Shown piece by piece: positions 9,105 to 18,786 of a stretch of 50,058 bases of DNA. The stretch lies in contig JAJZNI010000129.1 in assembly GCA_021847925.1 (NCBI GenBank), forward strand, positions 1 to 50,058. The letters are read 5' to 3'. The DNA comes from a bacterium (lineage in GTDB: Bacteria; Chloroflexota; Dormibacteria; Aeolococcales; Aeolococcaceae). The notes under the pieces are model-generated. The model searched no databases. It was given only the letters and a program-made list of their open reading frames with translations, and was not told where the DNA came from. Within the stretch, counting starts at the first letter, position 1; every line of letters begins with the position of its first letter. The translations under genes were made by a program, and so were the position numbers.

Positions 9105-10799
9105 ATGGCACCCACGGAGCCGGACCGACCCGTCACCGTCCACGGCGGCCGCCTGGTCGCCGACCGCCTGCGCGCGGGTGGGGTGGAGGTTGTCTTCACC
9201 CTTCCCGGCGGGCACATCGTCGAGCTCCTCCACGGCTGCGAGGAGGCGGGGCTGCGCGTCGTCGACGTGCGCCACGAGGGGTCGGCGACACTCGCCGCGC
9301 TCGGCTACGCCCTCGCCACCGGCCACCCCGGGGTGGCCGCGGTCACGGCGGGGCCAGGTTTCACCAACGCGCTGACCGGGCTGGCCGACGCCGCCCTGGG
9401 CAACGCCCCGCTGGTGCTGATCGGCGGCCGCACCGTCCTCAGGCGGCGCGGGCGCGGGGCCGTCCAGGATCTCGACCAGATGGCCATGGCGGCTCCGATC
9501 TCCAAGTGGGCGGCGGCGGCCCAGGACGCCGGCAGCGTGGAGCGCCTCACCGACGAGGCCCTGCACCGGGCCCGGAGCGGGCGCCCCGGCGCCGTCTACC
9601 TGGAGGTGCCGCACGACGTCTTCATGGCCCGCACGCCTGCGAGCGGCGGGGTGTGGGGCTTCCCGACCGCCGCCTCCCACCCCGCCGCCTCCCCCACCGA
9701 GCTGGAGCGCGCTCTGGAGGCCCTGCGCCGCGCCGAGCGCCCCGTCGCGCTGGCCGGAAGCGGTGCCTTCTGGTCGGGTGCGGGCGAGGAGATCGCCCGG
9801 CTCTGCGAGAGCCTCCAGATCCCCCTCGTCACCACCAGCGCCGCCCGCGGCCTGGTCCCCGACTCCCACGAGTGGTGCCTCGGCTCCTTTGTCCACGCCG
9901 GCATCGCGGTGGCCCAGGCGGATTGCGTCCTGGTGCTGGGCAGCGCCTTCAACGCCAACCTGGTCTACGGCGGCCCACCGCTCTTCAGCGAGGAGCACGT
10001 GCTCATCCAGGTGGACATCGCCGCCGAGGAGCTGGGGGGCAACCGCCGCCCCGACGTCGCCGTGCAGGGCGACGTGGGGAGGGTGGCCGCCGACCTGGCG
10101 GACGCGGGCTCCGGCGGGCGCGATCGCCGCGACTGGCTGCTCCAGGCGCGCGAGCTGACGGCGCTCTCGCGCCCCACGTGGGACGCGCAGGTGGACGAGC
10201 ACGCGGGGCCGCTGGTGCATCCGGGCGCGCTGGCCCGCGAGGTCTGCGCCTGGGCGCGGGACACCTGGAGCGGCGCGGCGACGCTCGTGACCGACGGGGG
10301 AGACTCCCTCACCTGGGCCCTGGCCTACGCGGAGGCGGAGCGCCCCGGGCACCTCCTCTCCACCACCACAGCCCTCGGGACCCTGGGCGTCGGGCTGCCC
10401 TTCGCACTCGGAGCGGCGGCGGCGCGCCCCTCCGAACCGGTGGTCCTGCTCACCGGCGACGGGGCCTTCGGCCTCAGCGCGATGGAGATGGACAGCGCCG
10501 CCCGCCAGGGGTTCCCGATCATCGTCGTCGTGGCCAACAACGGCGGCTGGGGGGACGTGCGCCACCACCAGCGGGCCGCCGTCGGCCGGGAGACCGCCAG
10601 CCACCTGGCGGTCTCCCGCTACGACCTGCTCGCGGAGGCGCTGGGGGGCCACGGGGAGCGCGTGGACACCGTGGCCGATCTCCGGCCGGCCCTGGACCGC
10701 GCCGCCGCGGCCGGGGTACCCGCGCTGGTCGACGTCCCCACCGACCCCGAGGTGCTCTCCGCCCTGCTCCGGGCGATGATGTCCATCGGGATCATGTAG
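9105..10799 (+). CDS. ThDP-dependent enzyme, acetolactate synthase / 2-hydroxyacyl-CoA lyase superfamily
   Basis: VFTLPGGH, RHE catalytic Glu, TAGPGFTN, GRPGAVYL, GTLGVGLPFALG, GDGAFG...NNGGWG. No ilvH/ilvC nearby. Confidence 0.85.
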   Translation: MAPTEPDRPVTVHGGRLVADRLRAGGVEVVFTLPGGHIVELLHGCEEAGLRVVDVRHEGSATLAALGYALATGHPGVAAVTAGPGFTNALTGLADAALGNAPLVLIGGRTVLRRRGRGAVQDLDQMAMAAPISKWAAAAQDAGSVERLTDEALHRARSGRPGAVYLEVPHDVFMARTPASGGVWGFPTAASHPAASPTELERALEALRRAERPVALAGSGAFWSGAGEEIARLCESLQIPLVTTSAARGLVPDSHEWCLGSFVHAGIAVAQADCVLVLGSAFNANLVYGGPPLFSEEHVLIQVDIAAEELGGNRRPDVAVQGDVGRVAADLADAGSGGRDRRDWLLQARELTALSRPTWDAQVDEHAGPLVHPGALAREVCAWARDTWSGAATLVTDGGDSLTWALAYAEAERPGHLLSTTTALGTLGVGLPFALGAAAARPSEPVVLLTGDGAFGLSAMEMDSAARQGFPIIVVVANNGGWGDVRHHQRAAVGRETASHLAVSRYDLLAEALGGHGERVDTVADLRPALDRAAAAGVPALVDVPTDPEVLSALLRAMMSIGIM

Positions 10800-10883
10800 C
10801 GGTCCCGGCGCGCTCAGCCTCCCCCGACCACGGAGAGGTGCGGAGAGGTCACGATCCCAGGCCGGGACGGCACCCGGGACCCG

Positions 10884-11072
10884 TCAGCGCCGGGGCATGG
10901 TCTGGAGCCGCCGCTCGAGCCGGGCGATGGCCTCGGCGTGACGCCGGGCCTCGGTCACGGTCTCGACCCAGGCGTCGGGTACCCGGCCCGCCCGGCGGCG
11001 CAGGAACCGCTCGAGGTTGTCCTTCTCCTCGCGCTCGGCGCGGCGGGTGGCGGCGTCACGCGGCCAGTGCAT
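10884..11072 (-). CDS. Small hypothetical protein (62 aa, charged, probably helical)
   Basis: ATG at 11072 with a GGAGGA RBS 8 nt upstream. Fills the gap between the ThDP gene and xfp and is divergent from xfp. Confidence 0.55.
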   Translation of the reverse strand: MHWPRDAATRRAEREEKDNLERFLRRRAGRVPDAWVETVTEARRHAEAIARLERRLQTMPRR

Positions 11073-11145
11073 AACCGGCCTCCTCCGGTCATGGTGCTCA
11101 GTGTCTGTCCCGGTCCAGTGAAGCGCGGCGTTCCGCGGCCGAGTA

Positions 11146-11182
11146 GGGTCGATGGCCAGGAAGGCCCGGGGCCGAAGGTCAT
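11146..11182. promoter_or_regulatory. Pair of DosR/DevR-like boxes, 23 bp apart, between the small ORF and xfp
   Basis: GGGTC-GATG-GCCAG (11146) and GGGCC-GAAG-GTCAT (11169). Confidence 0.55.
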
Positions 11183-11250
11183 CCGGGCTGGCACCGCCCC
11201 CGGGCGATGCACGAACATGGGGGGCGGGCACCCAGCCCTGGAGGAGCACG

Positions 11251-13629
11251 ATGACCCAGACGGAAGCAGCCGCGAACGGAGCCGGCCCCCTCTCCGACCA
11301 CGACCTCGCTCTCATCGACGCCTACTGGAGGGCGGCCAACTTCGTCTCGGTGGGCCAGATCTACCTGCTGGACAACCCCCTCCTGCGGGTGCGGCTGCGG
11401 CCCGAGCACATCAAACCTCGGCTGCTCGGACACTGGGGCACGACCCCCGGCCTCAACTTCATCTACGCGCACATCAACCGGGTGATCCGCAACTGGGACC
11501 TCGACGCGATCTACGTCATGGGACCGGGGCACGGCGGACCGGCGGCGGTGGCCAACGCCTATCTGGAGGGGACCTACACCGAGCTGTACCCGCACATCAC
11601 CCGTGACGAGGACGGGTTGCGCCAGCTCTTCCGCCAGTTCTCGTTCCCGGGAGGCATCCCCTCCCACGTCGCCCCCGAGACTCCCGGCTCCATCCACGAG
11701 GGGGGCGAGCTGGGGTACGCCCTCTCCCACGCCTACGGCGCGGCGTTCGACAACCCCGACCTGCTCGTCTGCTGCATCGTCGGTGACGGCGAGGCCGAGA
11801 CGGGCCCCCTGGCGACGGGATGGCATTCGAACAAGTTCCTGGACCCCGCCACCGACGGCGCGGTGCTGCCCATCCTGCACCTCAACGGCTACAAGATCGC
11901 CAACCCCAGCGTGCTCGCGCGCATCCCCGACGCGGAGCTGACCTCGCTGCTCGAGGGGTACGGCCACACGGTCCACTGGGTGTCGGGAGACGACCCCGCC
12001 ACCATGCACCAGCAGATGGCGGCCACCCTGGACACCGTGATCGACGAGATCACCGCCATCCAGAGGCGGGCCCGCGAGGATGGCGACCTGGCGCGCCCGG
12101 CGTGGCCGATGATCGTGCTGCGCAGCCCCAAGGGGTGGACCGGCCCCAAGATGGTCGACGGGCTTCCCAGCGAGGGCACGTGGCGCGCCCACCAGGTGCC
12201 GCTGGCCGAGGTCCGGACCAATCCGGAGCACCTCGCCCAGCTCGAGGCCTGGATGAGGAGCTACCGCCCCGAGGAGCTCTTCGACGGGCAGGGGACGCTG
12301 GCCGCCGAGCTGGCGGCGCTTCCGCCCAAGGCGTACAGGCGGATGAGCGCCAACCCCCACGCCAACGGGGGGCTGCTGCTCAGGGACCTGAGGCTCCCCG
12401 ACTTCCGCGGCTACATGCTGGAGGTGGCGCGCCCCGCCACCACCTTCTCCGAGGCCACCCGCGTCCTGGGCACCTGGCTGCGCGACGTGGTGCGCGCCAA
12501 CCCCGATTCGTTCCGGATCTTCGGTCCCGACGAGACCAGCTCCAACCGGCTGCAGGCGGTCCTCGAGGTCACCAACCGGCAGTGGGACGCCCAGACGCTC
12601 CCCGGCGACGACCACCTGGCCCCCCAGGGACAGGTGATGGAGATGCTCTCCGAGCACCAGTGCCAGGGCTGGCTGGAGGGCTACCTGCTCACCGGCCGGC
12701 ACGGCCTCTTCAACTGCTACGAGGCGTTCATCCACATCGTGGACTCGATGTTCAACCAGCACGCCAAGTGGCTCAAGGTCACGCGCGACATCCCCTGGCG
12801 CCGGCCCATCGCGTCGCTCAACTACCTGCTCTCCTCGCACGTCTGGCGGCAGGACCACAACGGCTTCTCGCACCAGGACCCCGGCTTCGTCGACCACGTG
12901 GTCAACAAGAAGGCCGAGATCATCCGCGTCTACCTGCCCCCGGACACCAACTGCCTGCTCTCCACGGCGGACCACTGCCTGCGCAGCCGCCACTACGTCA
13001 ACGTGATCGTGGCCGGCAAGCAGCCGTCCCTCAACTACCTGGGCCCGGAGGAGGCGATCCTGCACTGCACCCGCGGCATCGGCATCTGGGAGTGGGCGAG
13101 CAACGACCAGGGTGACCCCGACGTGGTGATGGGCTGCTGCGGGGACGTTCCCACCCTGGAGACGCTCGCCGCCGTCGACATCCTCCGCCGCGAGCTTCCG
13201 GAGCTCAAGGTCCGGGTGGTGAACGTGGTCGACCTCATGCGCCTGCAGCCCGACACCGAGCACCCCCACGGGCTCTCCGACCGCGAGTTCGACATCCTCT
13301 TCACGTCCGACCGGCCGGTGGTCTTCGCCTACCACGGGTACCCGTGGCTGATCCACCGGCTCACCTACCGGCGCAGCAACCATCCCAACTTCCACGTGCG
13401 CGGGTACAAGGAGGAGGGCACCACCACGACCCCCTTCGACATGGTGATGCTCAACGACCTGGATCGCTTCCACCTGGTGATGGACGTCGTCGACCGCGTG
13501 CCGGGACTGCAGTCCCACGCCGCCGCGCTGCGCCAGCACATGGCCGACGAGCGGGTGCGCTGCCGCGCCTACACCCGCGCCGAGGGCGAGGACCCACCCG
13601 ACATCCGCAACTGGACCTGGACGGGATAG
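11251..13629 (+). CDS. xfp: Xylulose-5-P/fructose-6-P phosphoketolase
   Basis: [82 protein letters not shown]. Confidence 0.97.
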   Translation: MTQTEAAANGAGPLSDHDLALIDAYWRAANFVSVGQIYLLDNPLLRVRLRPEHIKPRLLGHWGTTPGLNFIYAHINRVIRNWDLDAIYVMGPGHGGPAAVANAYLEGTYTELYPHITRDEDGLRQLFRQFSFPGGIPSHVAPETPGSIHEGGELGYALSHAYGAAFDNPDLLVCCIVGDGEAETGPLATGWHSNKFLDPATDGAVLPILHLNGYKIANPSVLARIPDAELTSLLEGYGHTVHWVSGDDPATMHQQMAATLDTVIDEITAIQRRAREDGDLARPAWPMIVLRSPKGWTGPKMVDGLPSEGTWRAHQVPLAEVRTNPEHLAQLEAWMRSYRPEELFDGQGTLAAELAALPPKAYRRMSANPHANGGLLLRDLRLPDFRGYMLEVARPATTFSEATRVLGTWLRDVVRANPDSFRIFGPDETSSNRLQAVLEVTNRQWDAQTLPGDDHLAPQGQVMEMLSEHQCQGWLEGYLLTGRHGLFNCYEAFIHIVDSMFNQHAKWLKVTRDIPWRRPIASLNYLLSSHVWRQDHNGFSHQDPGFVDHVVNKKAEIIRVYLPPDTNCLLSTADHCLRSRHYVNVIVAGKQPSLNYLGPEEAILHCTRGIGIWEWASNDQGDPDVVMGCCGDVPTLETLAAVDILRRELPELKVRVVNVVDLMRLQPDTEHPHGLSDREFDILFTSDRPVVFAYHGYPWLIHRLTYRRSNHPNFHVRGYKEEGTTTTPFDMVMLNDLDRFHLVMDVVDRVPGLQSHAAALRQHMADERVRCRAYTRAEGEDPPDIRNWTWTG

Positions 13630-13679
13630 CCGGTGGCCCTCCGGATGGCCGGGGCACGGGTGGGACGGCCGGTCGCGGC

Positions 13680-14786
13680 ATGAGGATCCTGGTCGTCAAC
13701 GCGGGGTCGAGCAGCCTCAAGCTCTCCCTGCTCGAGGGCGGGGGCCCCCCGCTCCTCACCGAGAGCGTCCCGGCCGGCGGCGGCGGCCTCGACGAGGGGG
13801 GGCTCCGCGACGCCATCGCGCGCAGCGGGCCGGTCGACGCCGTCGGCCACCGGATCGTCCACGGCGGCACCGAGTTCACCGAGCCCGTGCTGGTCGACTC
13901 CCGCGTGCGCCGGCGCCTGGAGGCGCTCACCGACCTGGCGCCCCTGCACCAGCCGAAGTCGCTGCGCGGCCTCGACCTGGTCTGCCGCCTGCTCCCCGAG
14001 GCGCCCGCCGTGGCGTGCTTCGACACCGCCTTCCACGCCCGCATCCCGGACAGCGCCGTCACCTACGCGCTCCCCTCGGAATGGCGGCGGCGCTGGACGC
14101 TGCGAAGGTTCGGCTTCCACGGGCTGTCGCACGCGTACGCGTCGCGGCGAGCCGCCGAGATGCTGGGCCGGCCCGCGACCGGGCTGCGCGTGGTCACCTG
14201 CCACCTCGGCGCCGGAGCCTCGCTCGCGGCGGTGCGGGACGGCGTCTCGGTGGACACGACCATGGGCTTCACGCCCCTGGAGGGGCTGGTGATGGCGACC
14301 CGCTCCGGCAGCATCGACCCGGGCCTCCTGCTCTGGCTCGAGGAGCACGTGGGGATGCCGCCGTCGGAGCTGGCGACCACCCTGGAGCACCGCTCGGGGC
14401 TGCTCGGGCTCTGCGGCAGCGCTGACATGCGGGCCATCCTCGAACGCGAGGCGGCGGGCGATGGGGACGCCGCCCTGGCCGTGGGCGTGTACCTCCATCG
14501 CCTCCGCGCCGGCATCGCCCAGATGGCCGCGGCCCTGGGCGGGCTGGACTGCCTGGTCTTCACCGGCGGGGTGGGCGAGCACGCTCCCGACGTGCGGGCT
14601 CGCGCCGCGGAGGGCCTCGGTTTCCTCGGCGTCCTGGTGGACGCGGCGGCCAATCGGGAGGCTCACCCCGACTGCGAGATCAGCCCCGCGGGCTCGGGCG
14701 TGCGCAGCCTGGTGATCGAGGCGCGGGAGGACCTGGAGATCGCGAGCGGGGTCCGGGAGGCGCTGGGCCCTCGCCCGAGCGCCTGA
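13680..14786 (+). CDS. ackA: Acetate/propionate kinase
   Basis: ILVVNAGSSSLK, GHRIVHGG, APLH, FDTAFH, GFHGLSH, HLGAGAS, TMGFTPLEG, VFTGGVGE. Confidence 0.96.
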   Translation: MRILVVNAGSSSLKLSLLEGGGPPLLTESVPAGGGGLDEGGLRDAIARSGPVDAVGHRIVHGGTEFTEPVLVDSRVRRRLEALTDLAPLHQPKSLRGLDLVCRLLPEAPAVACFDTAFHARIPDSAVTYALPSEWRRRWTLRRFGFHGLSHAYASRRAAEMLGRPATGLRVVTCHLGAGASLAAVRDGVSVDTTMGFTPLEGLVMATRSGSIDPGLLLWLEEHVGMPPSELATTLEHRSGLLGLCGSADMRAILEREAAGDGDAALAVGVYLHRLRAGIAQMAAALGGLDCLVFTGGVGEHAPDVRARAAEGLGFLGVLVDAAANREAHPDCEISPAGSGVRSLVIEAREDLEIASGVREALGPRPSA

Positions 14787-14825
14787 CCAGGCGTTGGGAG
14801 GGCGGGCCTCCCGTCCCCGGCACCG

Positions 14826-14857
14826 GTGGCCCGCCCGCGGCGCCGCGGGCGGGCCAC
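14826..14857. terminator. Perfect 32-bp palindrome between convergent ackA and gltA; probable bidirectional terminator hairpin
   Basis: GTGGCCCGCCCGCGGCGCCGCGGGCGGGCCAC equals its own reverse complement. No U-tract. Confidence 0.6.
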
Positions 14858-14905
14858 GCCTCGCGGGGCGAGGGCCGGAGAGGCCTCCACCCCGCTGCGG
14901 CCCCT

Positions 14906-16222
14906 TCAGCTGGCGACGGCCGTCTCCGGCGCGTCCAGATGACGCACTCCGGACCCGACGTAGAGCTGGCGCGGCCGGGAGATCTTCTGGGCAGGGTCGA
15001 GGATGCCCTCCTCCCACTGCGCCAGCCAGCCCGGGGTGCGCCCGATGGCGAAGAGCACGGGGAACATGTCGACCGGGAAGCCCATGGCCTGGTAGATGAT
15101 CCCGGAGTAGAAATCGACGTTGGGATAGAGGCGGTGGCTCAGGAAGTAGTCGTCCTCGAGCGCGATCCGCTGCAGCTCCACCGCGATGTCGAGAAGCCGG
15201 TTGCGGCCGGTGACCTCGAACACCTCCTCCGCCACCCGCCGGATGATCCGCGCCCTGGGGTCGAGGCTCTTGTACACGCGGTGGCCGAAGCCCATCAGCC
15301 GGAACTCGCCCCTCTTGACCCGGGCGATGTAGTCCGGGATGTTCTCCACCGACCCGATGGTGGTGAGCATCCGCAGAACCTGCTCGTTGGCCCCGCCATG
15401 GAGGGGGCCGTAGAGGGCCGCGGTCGCCGCGGCCATCGCCGAGTAGGGGTCCGCATGAGAGCTGCCCACGCCGCGCATGGTGGTCGTCGAGCAGTTCTGC
15501 TCGTGGTCGGCATGGAGGATGAAGAGCACGTCCAGCGCATGCTCCAGGACCGGGTTGGGACGGTAGCGGGTGTCGGTCCGCTTCTGCAGCATGCTCAGGA
15601 AGTTGCCGGTGTAGGAGAGGTCGCTGTCCGGGTAGGCGTAGGGAAGCCCGGCGGAGTGCCGGTAGGCGAAGGCGGCGAGGGTCGGCATCTTGGCGATGAG
15701 CCGGACGATCTGGCGCCGGCGCACGGCGCTCGAGACGGGGTCCTTGGCCTCGGGGTAGAAGGTGGAGAGCGCGGCCACCGTGCTCACCATGATCCCCATG
15801 GGGTGGGCGTCGTAGTGGAAGCCGTCGATGAACTTCTTGACGTTCTCGTGGACGAACGTGTGGTGGACGATCTCCGCGGTCCAGTCCCTCAACTGGGCGG
15901 CGTCGGGCAGCTCGCCGTTCAGGAGCAGGTAGGCCACCTCCAGGAAGGTGGCTCTCTCGGCCAGCTCCTCGATCGGATAGCCGCGATAGCGCAGGATGCC
16001 GCGTTCCCCGTCGACGTAGGTGATGGCGCTCTCGCAGCTCGCCGTGTTCAGGAAGCCCGGATCGTAGGAGAGGAGACCTCTGTCATCCGGGCCGGTCGTG
16101 ATCTGGCGCAGATCCGAGGCGCGGATGGCCCCGTGGACCAGGGGGAGCTCGTAGCTCCTGCCCGTCCGGTTGTCCGTCACCGTCAGCGTCCCGGCACCGT
16201 CGTCATCGCCCATGGCGTTCAC
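14906..16222 (-). CDS. gltA: Citrate synthase
   Basis: YDPGFLNTASCESAITYVDG, YRGY, HADHEQNCST, GPLHGGANE, MGFGHRVYK, YPNVDFYSG. Confidence 0.96.
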   Translation of the reverse strand: MNAMGDDDGAGTLTVTDNRTGRSYELPLVHGAIRASDLRQITTGPDDRGLLSYDPGFLNTASCESAITYVDGERGILRYRGYPIEELAERATFLEVAYLLLNGELPDAAQLRDWTAEIVHHTFVHENVKKFIDGFHYDAHPMGIMVSTVAALSTFYPEAKDPVSSAVRRRQIVRLIAKMPTLAAFAYRHSAGLPYAYPDSDLSYTGNFLSMLQKRTDTRYRPNPVLEHALDVLFILHADHEQNCSTTTMRGVGSSHADPYSAMAAATAALYGPLHGGANEQVLRMLTTIGSVENIPDYIARVKRGEFRLMGFGHRVYKSLDPRARIIRRVAEEVFEVTGRNRLLDIAVELQRIALEDDYFLSHRLYPNVDFYSGIIYQAMGFPVDMFPVLFAIGRTPGWLAQWEEGILDPAQKISRPRQLYVGSGVRHLDAPETAVAS

Positions 16223-16287
16223 CTCTACCGCGTCTCATGCCCGATTCCCATGCCCGCACGATGGACCATGGACCAGGCCGATGACAG

Positions 16288-16347
16288 GGTAAACCGGTCC
16301 CCCTTCGCGGGGACCTGCGGACGGCGGCCGCGGGGGCCGTGGGTCCC
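16288..16347. promoter_or_regulatory. Three DosR/DevR-like boxes with 23-bp period between divergent gltA and Nudix-ppk2
   Basis: GGTAA-ACCG-GTCCC (16288), GGACC-TGCG-GACGG (16311), GGGCC-GTGG-GTCCC (16334). Confidence 0.55.
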
Positions 16348-16423
16348 GGCGGCTCCCGGCGCCGGCGCGCACCCCTCGCCGCCGTCACACCGAGGCTCCC
16401 CGGGGGCCGCTACCATCCCCCCG

Positions 16424-16882
16424 ATGGCCGGCGCGCCGCCGCTCCCCGAGGCTGCCTTCCGCGAGATCTACGGCCGGGTCCCCCGGCTCACGGTCGAGGT
16501 GGTGCTGACCCGGGACCGGGAGGTGCTGCTCACCCTCCGGACGATCGAGCCGTGCCGCGGGATGTGGCATCTGCCCGGCGGAACCGTGCGCTTCGGGGAG
16601 CGGCTGGCCGAGGCGGCGCGCAGGGTCGCGCGCGATGAGCTCGGCCTGGAGGTCGGCGCACCCCGGATGCTCGGGGTGATCGAGTACCCGAGCCACTTCG
16701 AGCACGGGCTGGACCACCCGGTGGGGATCGCCTTCGGTGTCGAGGCGGGGGAGGGCGCGGTCCGCCTCGACGGCACGGCCAGCGAGCACGGGTGGTTCCG
16801 CCGCCTTCCCTCCCCGATGCACGAGGAGCAGGCGCGGTTCCTGATCGAGAACGGCCTGGCCGTCACGGAGGAGCCATCGTGA
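16424..16882 (+). CDS. Nudix hydrolase with a degenerate Nudix box (GDP-mannose mannosyl hydrolase-like)
   Basis: WHLPGGTVRFGERLAEAARRVARDELGL. -10-like TACCAT 7 nt before the ATG. GTGA overlap with ppk2. Confidence 0.8.
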   Translation: MAGAPPLPEAAFREIYGRVPRLTVEVVLTRDREVLLTLRTIEPCRGMWHLPGGTVRFGERLAEAARRVARDELGLEVGAPRMLGVIEYPSHFEHGLDHPVGIAFGVEAGEGAVRLDGTASEHGWFRRLPSPMHEEQARFLIENGLAVTEEPS

Positions 16883-17781
16883 GCGACGAGCACCTGGGAC
16901 ATCTCCGCCATCTGGCCCGCTCCCTGCGCGTCGAGCCGGGGACGCGGGTGCGCCTGCCCCACGGCTTCGACCCCGGGCACACGGGCGGGTATGTGCGGGA
17001 GGCGGATGCGGCTGGGGCGCTCGCCGCCGGGGTTCGCCTGCTCAGCAGCTACCAGGCCCGCCTCGCCGCCCAGGACAGCTACGGCCTGCTGGTGGTCCTG
17101 CAGGCGCTCGACGCCGCGGGCAAGGACGGGGCGGTCCAGCACGTGATGAGCGGCGTCAACCCCCAGGGGGTGTGGGTCCGCAGCTTCAAGGTGCCGTCCG
17201 CCGACGAGCTGAACCACGACTTCCTCTGGCGCTACACGCGGGACCTGCCCCCGCGCGGGGTGATCGGCATCTACAACCGCTCGCACTACGAGGAGGTGCT
17301 GGTGGTGCGCGTGCACCCCGAGAACCTGGAGCGCCAGCACCTGCCCGAGAGCGCCCGGGGGAAGGACGTCTGGGAGCGGCGGCTGCGCGGCATCAACGAC
17401 TGGGAGCGCCACCTGGTCGAGAATGGGATCCAGGTGGTCAAGATCTTCCTCAACCTCTCTCCGGAGGAGCAGCGCCGCCGGCTCCTGGCGAGGATCGACG
17501 ACCCCGACAAGAACTGGAAGTTCTCCGCTGCCGACCTCGCCGAGCGCGGCCACTGGCACGACTACCAGCGCGCCTACTCCGACGCGCTCACCCACACCAG
17601 CACCGAGGCGGCACCGTGGCACGTGGTGCCCGCCGACCACAAGTGGTTTGCCCGCGTGGCGGTGGCGGCGGTGATCATCGACGCGCTCGCCGCCATCGAC
17701 CCGCGCTTCCCCGAGCTCGGCCCCGACGAGCACGCGGCGCTGGAGACAGCCCGGGCTCAGCTCATCGCCATGAAGGAGTAG
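16879..17781 (+). CDS. ppk2: Polyphosphate kinase 2 family protein (class III-like)
   Basis: QALDAAGKDG Walker A, SFKVPS, HDFLWR, YNRSHYEEVL, KNWKFS..D..ER, APWHVVPADHKW. Confidence 0.93.
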   Translation: MSDEHLGHLRHLARSLRVEPGTRVRLPHGFDPGHTGGYVREADAAGALAAGVRLLSSYQARLAAQDSYGLLVVLQALDAAGKDGAVQHVMSGVNPQGVWVRSFKVPSADELNHDFLWRYTRDLPPRGVIGIYNRSHYEEVLVVRVHPENLERQHLPESARGKDVWERRLRGINDWERHLVENGIQVVKIFLNLSPEEQRRRLLARIDDPDKNWKFSAADLAERGHWHDYQRAYSDALTHTSTEAAPWHVVPADHKWFARVAVAAVIIDALAAIDPRFPELGPDEHAALETARAQLIAMKE

Positions 17782-18520
17782 CCGGGGGGTCGTCGACCCG
17801 CCACTGGACGCGCGTGTCGACGCCCACCACCCCCTCCATGCGCCCGAGCAGCCGGGACGCCAGCTCCGCCTCGCACCTGGTCTCGACCTCACCGGTGATG
17901 ATCACGACGCCCTCTTGCACGGCCACCACCAGGTGGTTGGCCGCGGGCCCGAGCGCCCACCGGAGAATGCGCTCGGCGTGGCGCCGGAGCTGCTCATCGG
18001 GCAGAAGGTAGACGCGGAGCACGTCGGCGCGGCTGATGATCCCGACCAGCCAGCCTCCGGTGACCACGGGAAGGCGCTTGATCCGCTTCTCGCACATGGT
18101 CTTGGCGGCCTGCCGAACCGTGGTGTCGGGGTGCACGCTGATCACGGGTGCGCTCATCAGGCCCTGCGCCGTGACAGCCTCGCGGCGGCGCCGGATGTCC
18201 TGGGCGTGGCTTCCCTCGAACCAGGGGAGGTGCGTCCCACTCCCCTGGGCCAGCTCCTTCACCAGCAGGTCGGCCTCGGAGATCATGCCCACGACGTGGC
18301 CGTGGGCGTCGACCACCGGCACCGCGCTCACGCGGTTGCTGAGCAGGATCTCGGCGACCGCCTTGACGGGCGTGTCGGGAGGGACGGTCACCACGGGCGA
18401 GGTCATCACGTCACGGACGACGCGCTCCTTCTCCTCCCCGCGACCGACCGGCGCCGCCTCGCGGTCGCGCGGCGCTGAGCCGGCGACGAAGGCCGTCACC
18501 ACCATCCCCTTGCCATCCAT
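17762..18520 (-). CDS. CBS-pair plus BON domain protein
   Basis: VRDVMTSPVVTV..SAVPVVD..GMISEADL; LMSAPVISV..KRLPVV..GIISRADVL; C-terminal BON-like 'VAVQEGVVIITGEV...GVVGVD'. GAGGTG RBS. Confidence 0.88.
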   Translation of the reverse strand: MDGKGMVVTAFVAGSAPRDREAAPVGRGEEKERVVRDVMTSPVVTVPPDTPVKAVAEILLSNRVSAVPVVDAHGHVVGMISEADLLVKELAQGSGTHLPWFEGSHAQDIRRRREAVTAQGLMSAPVISVHPDTTVRQAAKTMCEKRIKRLPVVTGGWLVGIISRADVLRVYLLPDEQLRRHAERILRWALGPAANHLVVAVQEGVVIITGEVETRCEAELASRLLGRMEGVVGVDTRVQWRVDDPPATPSWR

Positions 18521-18603
18521 CTCACACCTCCTCTGCGGGTGCGGAGGTTCGCGGGGGCCTCCCCCCTCAGCATCACGCTGACCCCGCCGAGGCACGGCGT
18601 AAA

Positions 18604-18749
18604 GGGCCATCGGTCACGTCCGGGGGGGCCGGTGCACCGGCAGGGCGGCTCCGGCCGGAGGGGGCTGAGATCCCTCCGTGAAGGTGACGAGGGCCCCATC
18701 GGGGCCGGCCCCGGGGCTCCGGTCCCTGCCGGCATGGGCCCTCCGGCCC
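18604..18749. promoter_or_regulatory. Five DosR/DevR-like boxes (two 23-bp pairs plus one single) between divergent CBS-BON and hyp genes
   Basis: GGGCC-ATCG-GTCAC (18604); GGGGC-TGAG-ATCCC (18661) with GTGAC-GAGG-GCCCC (18684); GGGGC-TCCG-GTCCC (18713) with GGGCC-CTCC-GGCCC (18736). -10-like TAGCAT at 18774. Confidence 0.62.
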
Positions 18750-18786
18750 TGCCCCAAGGGGCGGTGGCGGCCGTAGCATCGGGGTG

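Noticed and set aside
18604-18749. Periodic boxes as a CRISPR or mini-repeat array
   Set aside because: The units are degenerate 14-mers with 9-bp gaps, not identical repeats with spacers, and there are no cas genes. They fit transcription-factor sites better.
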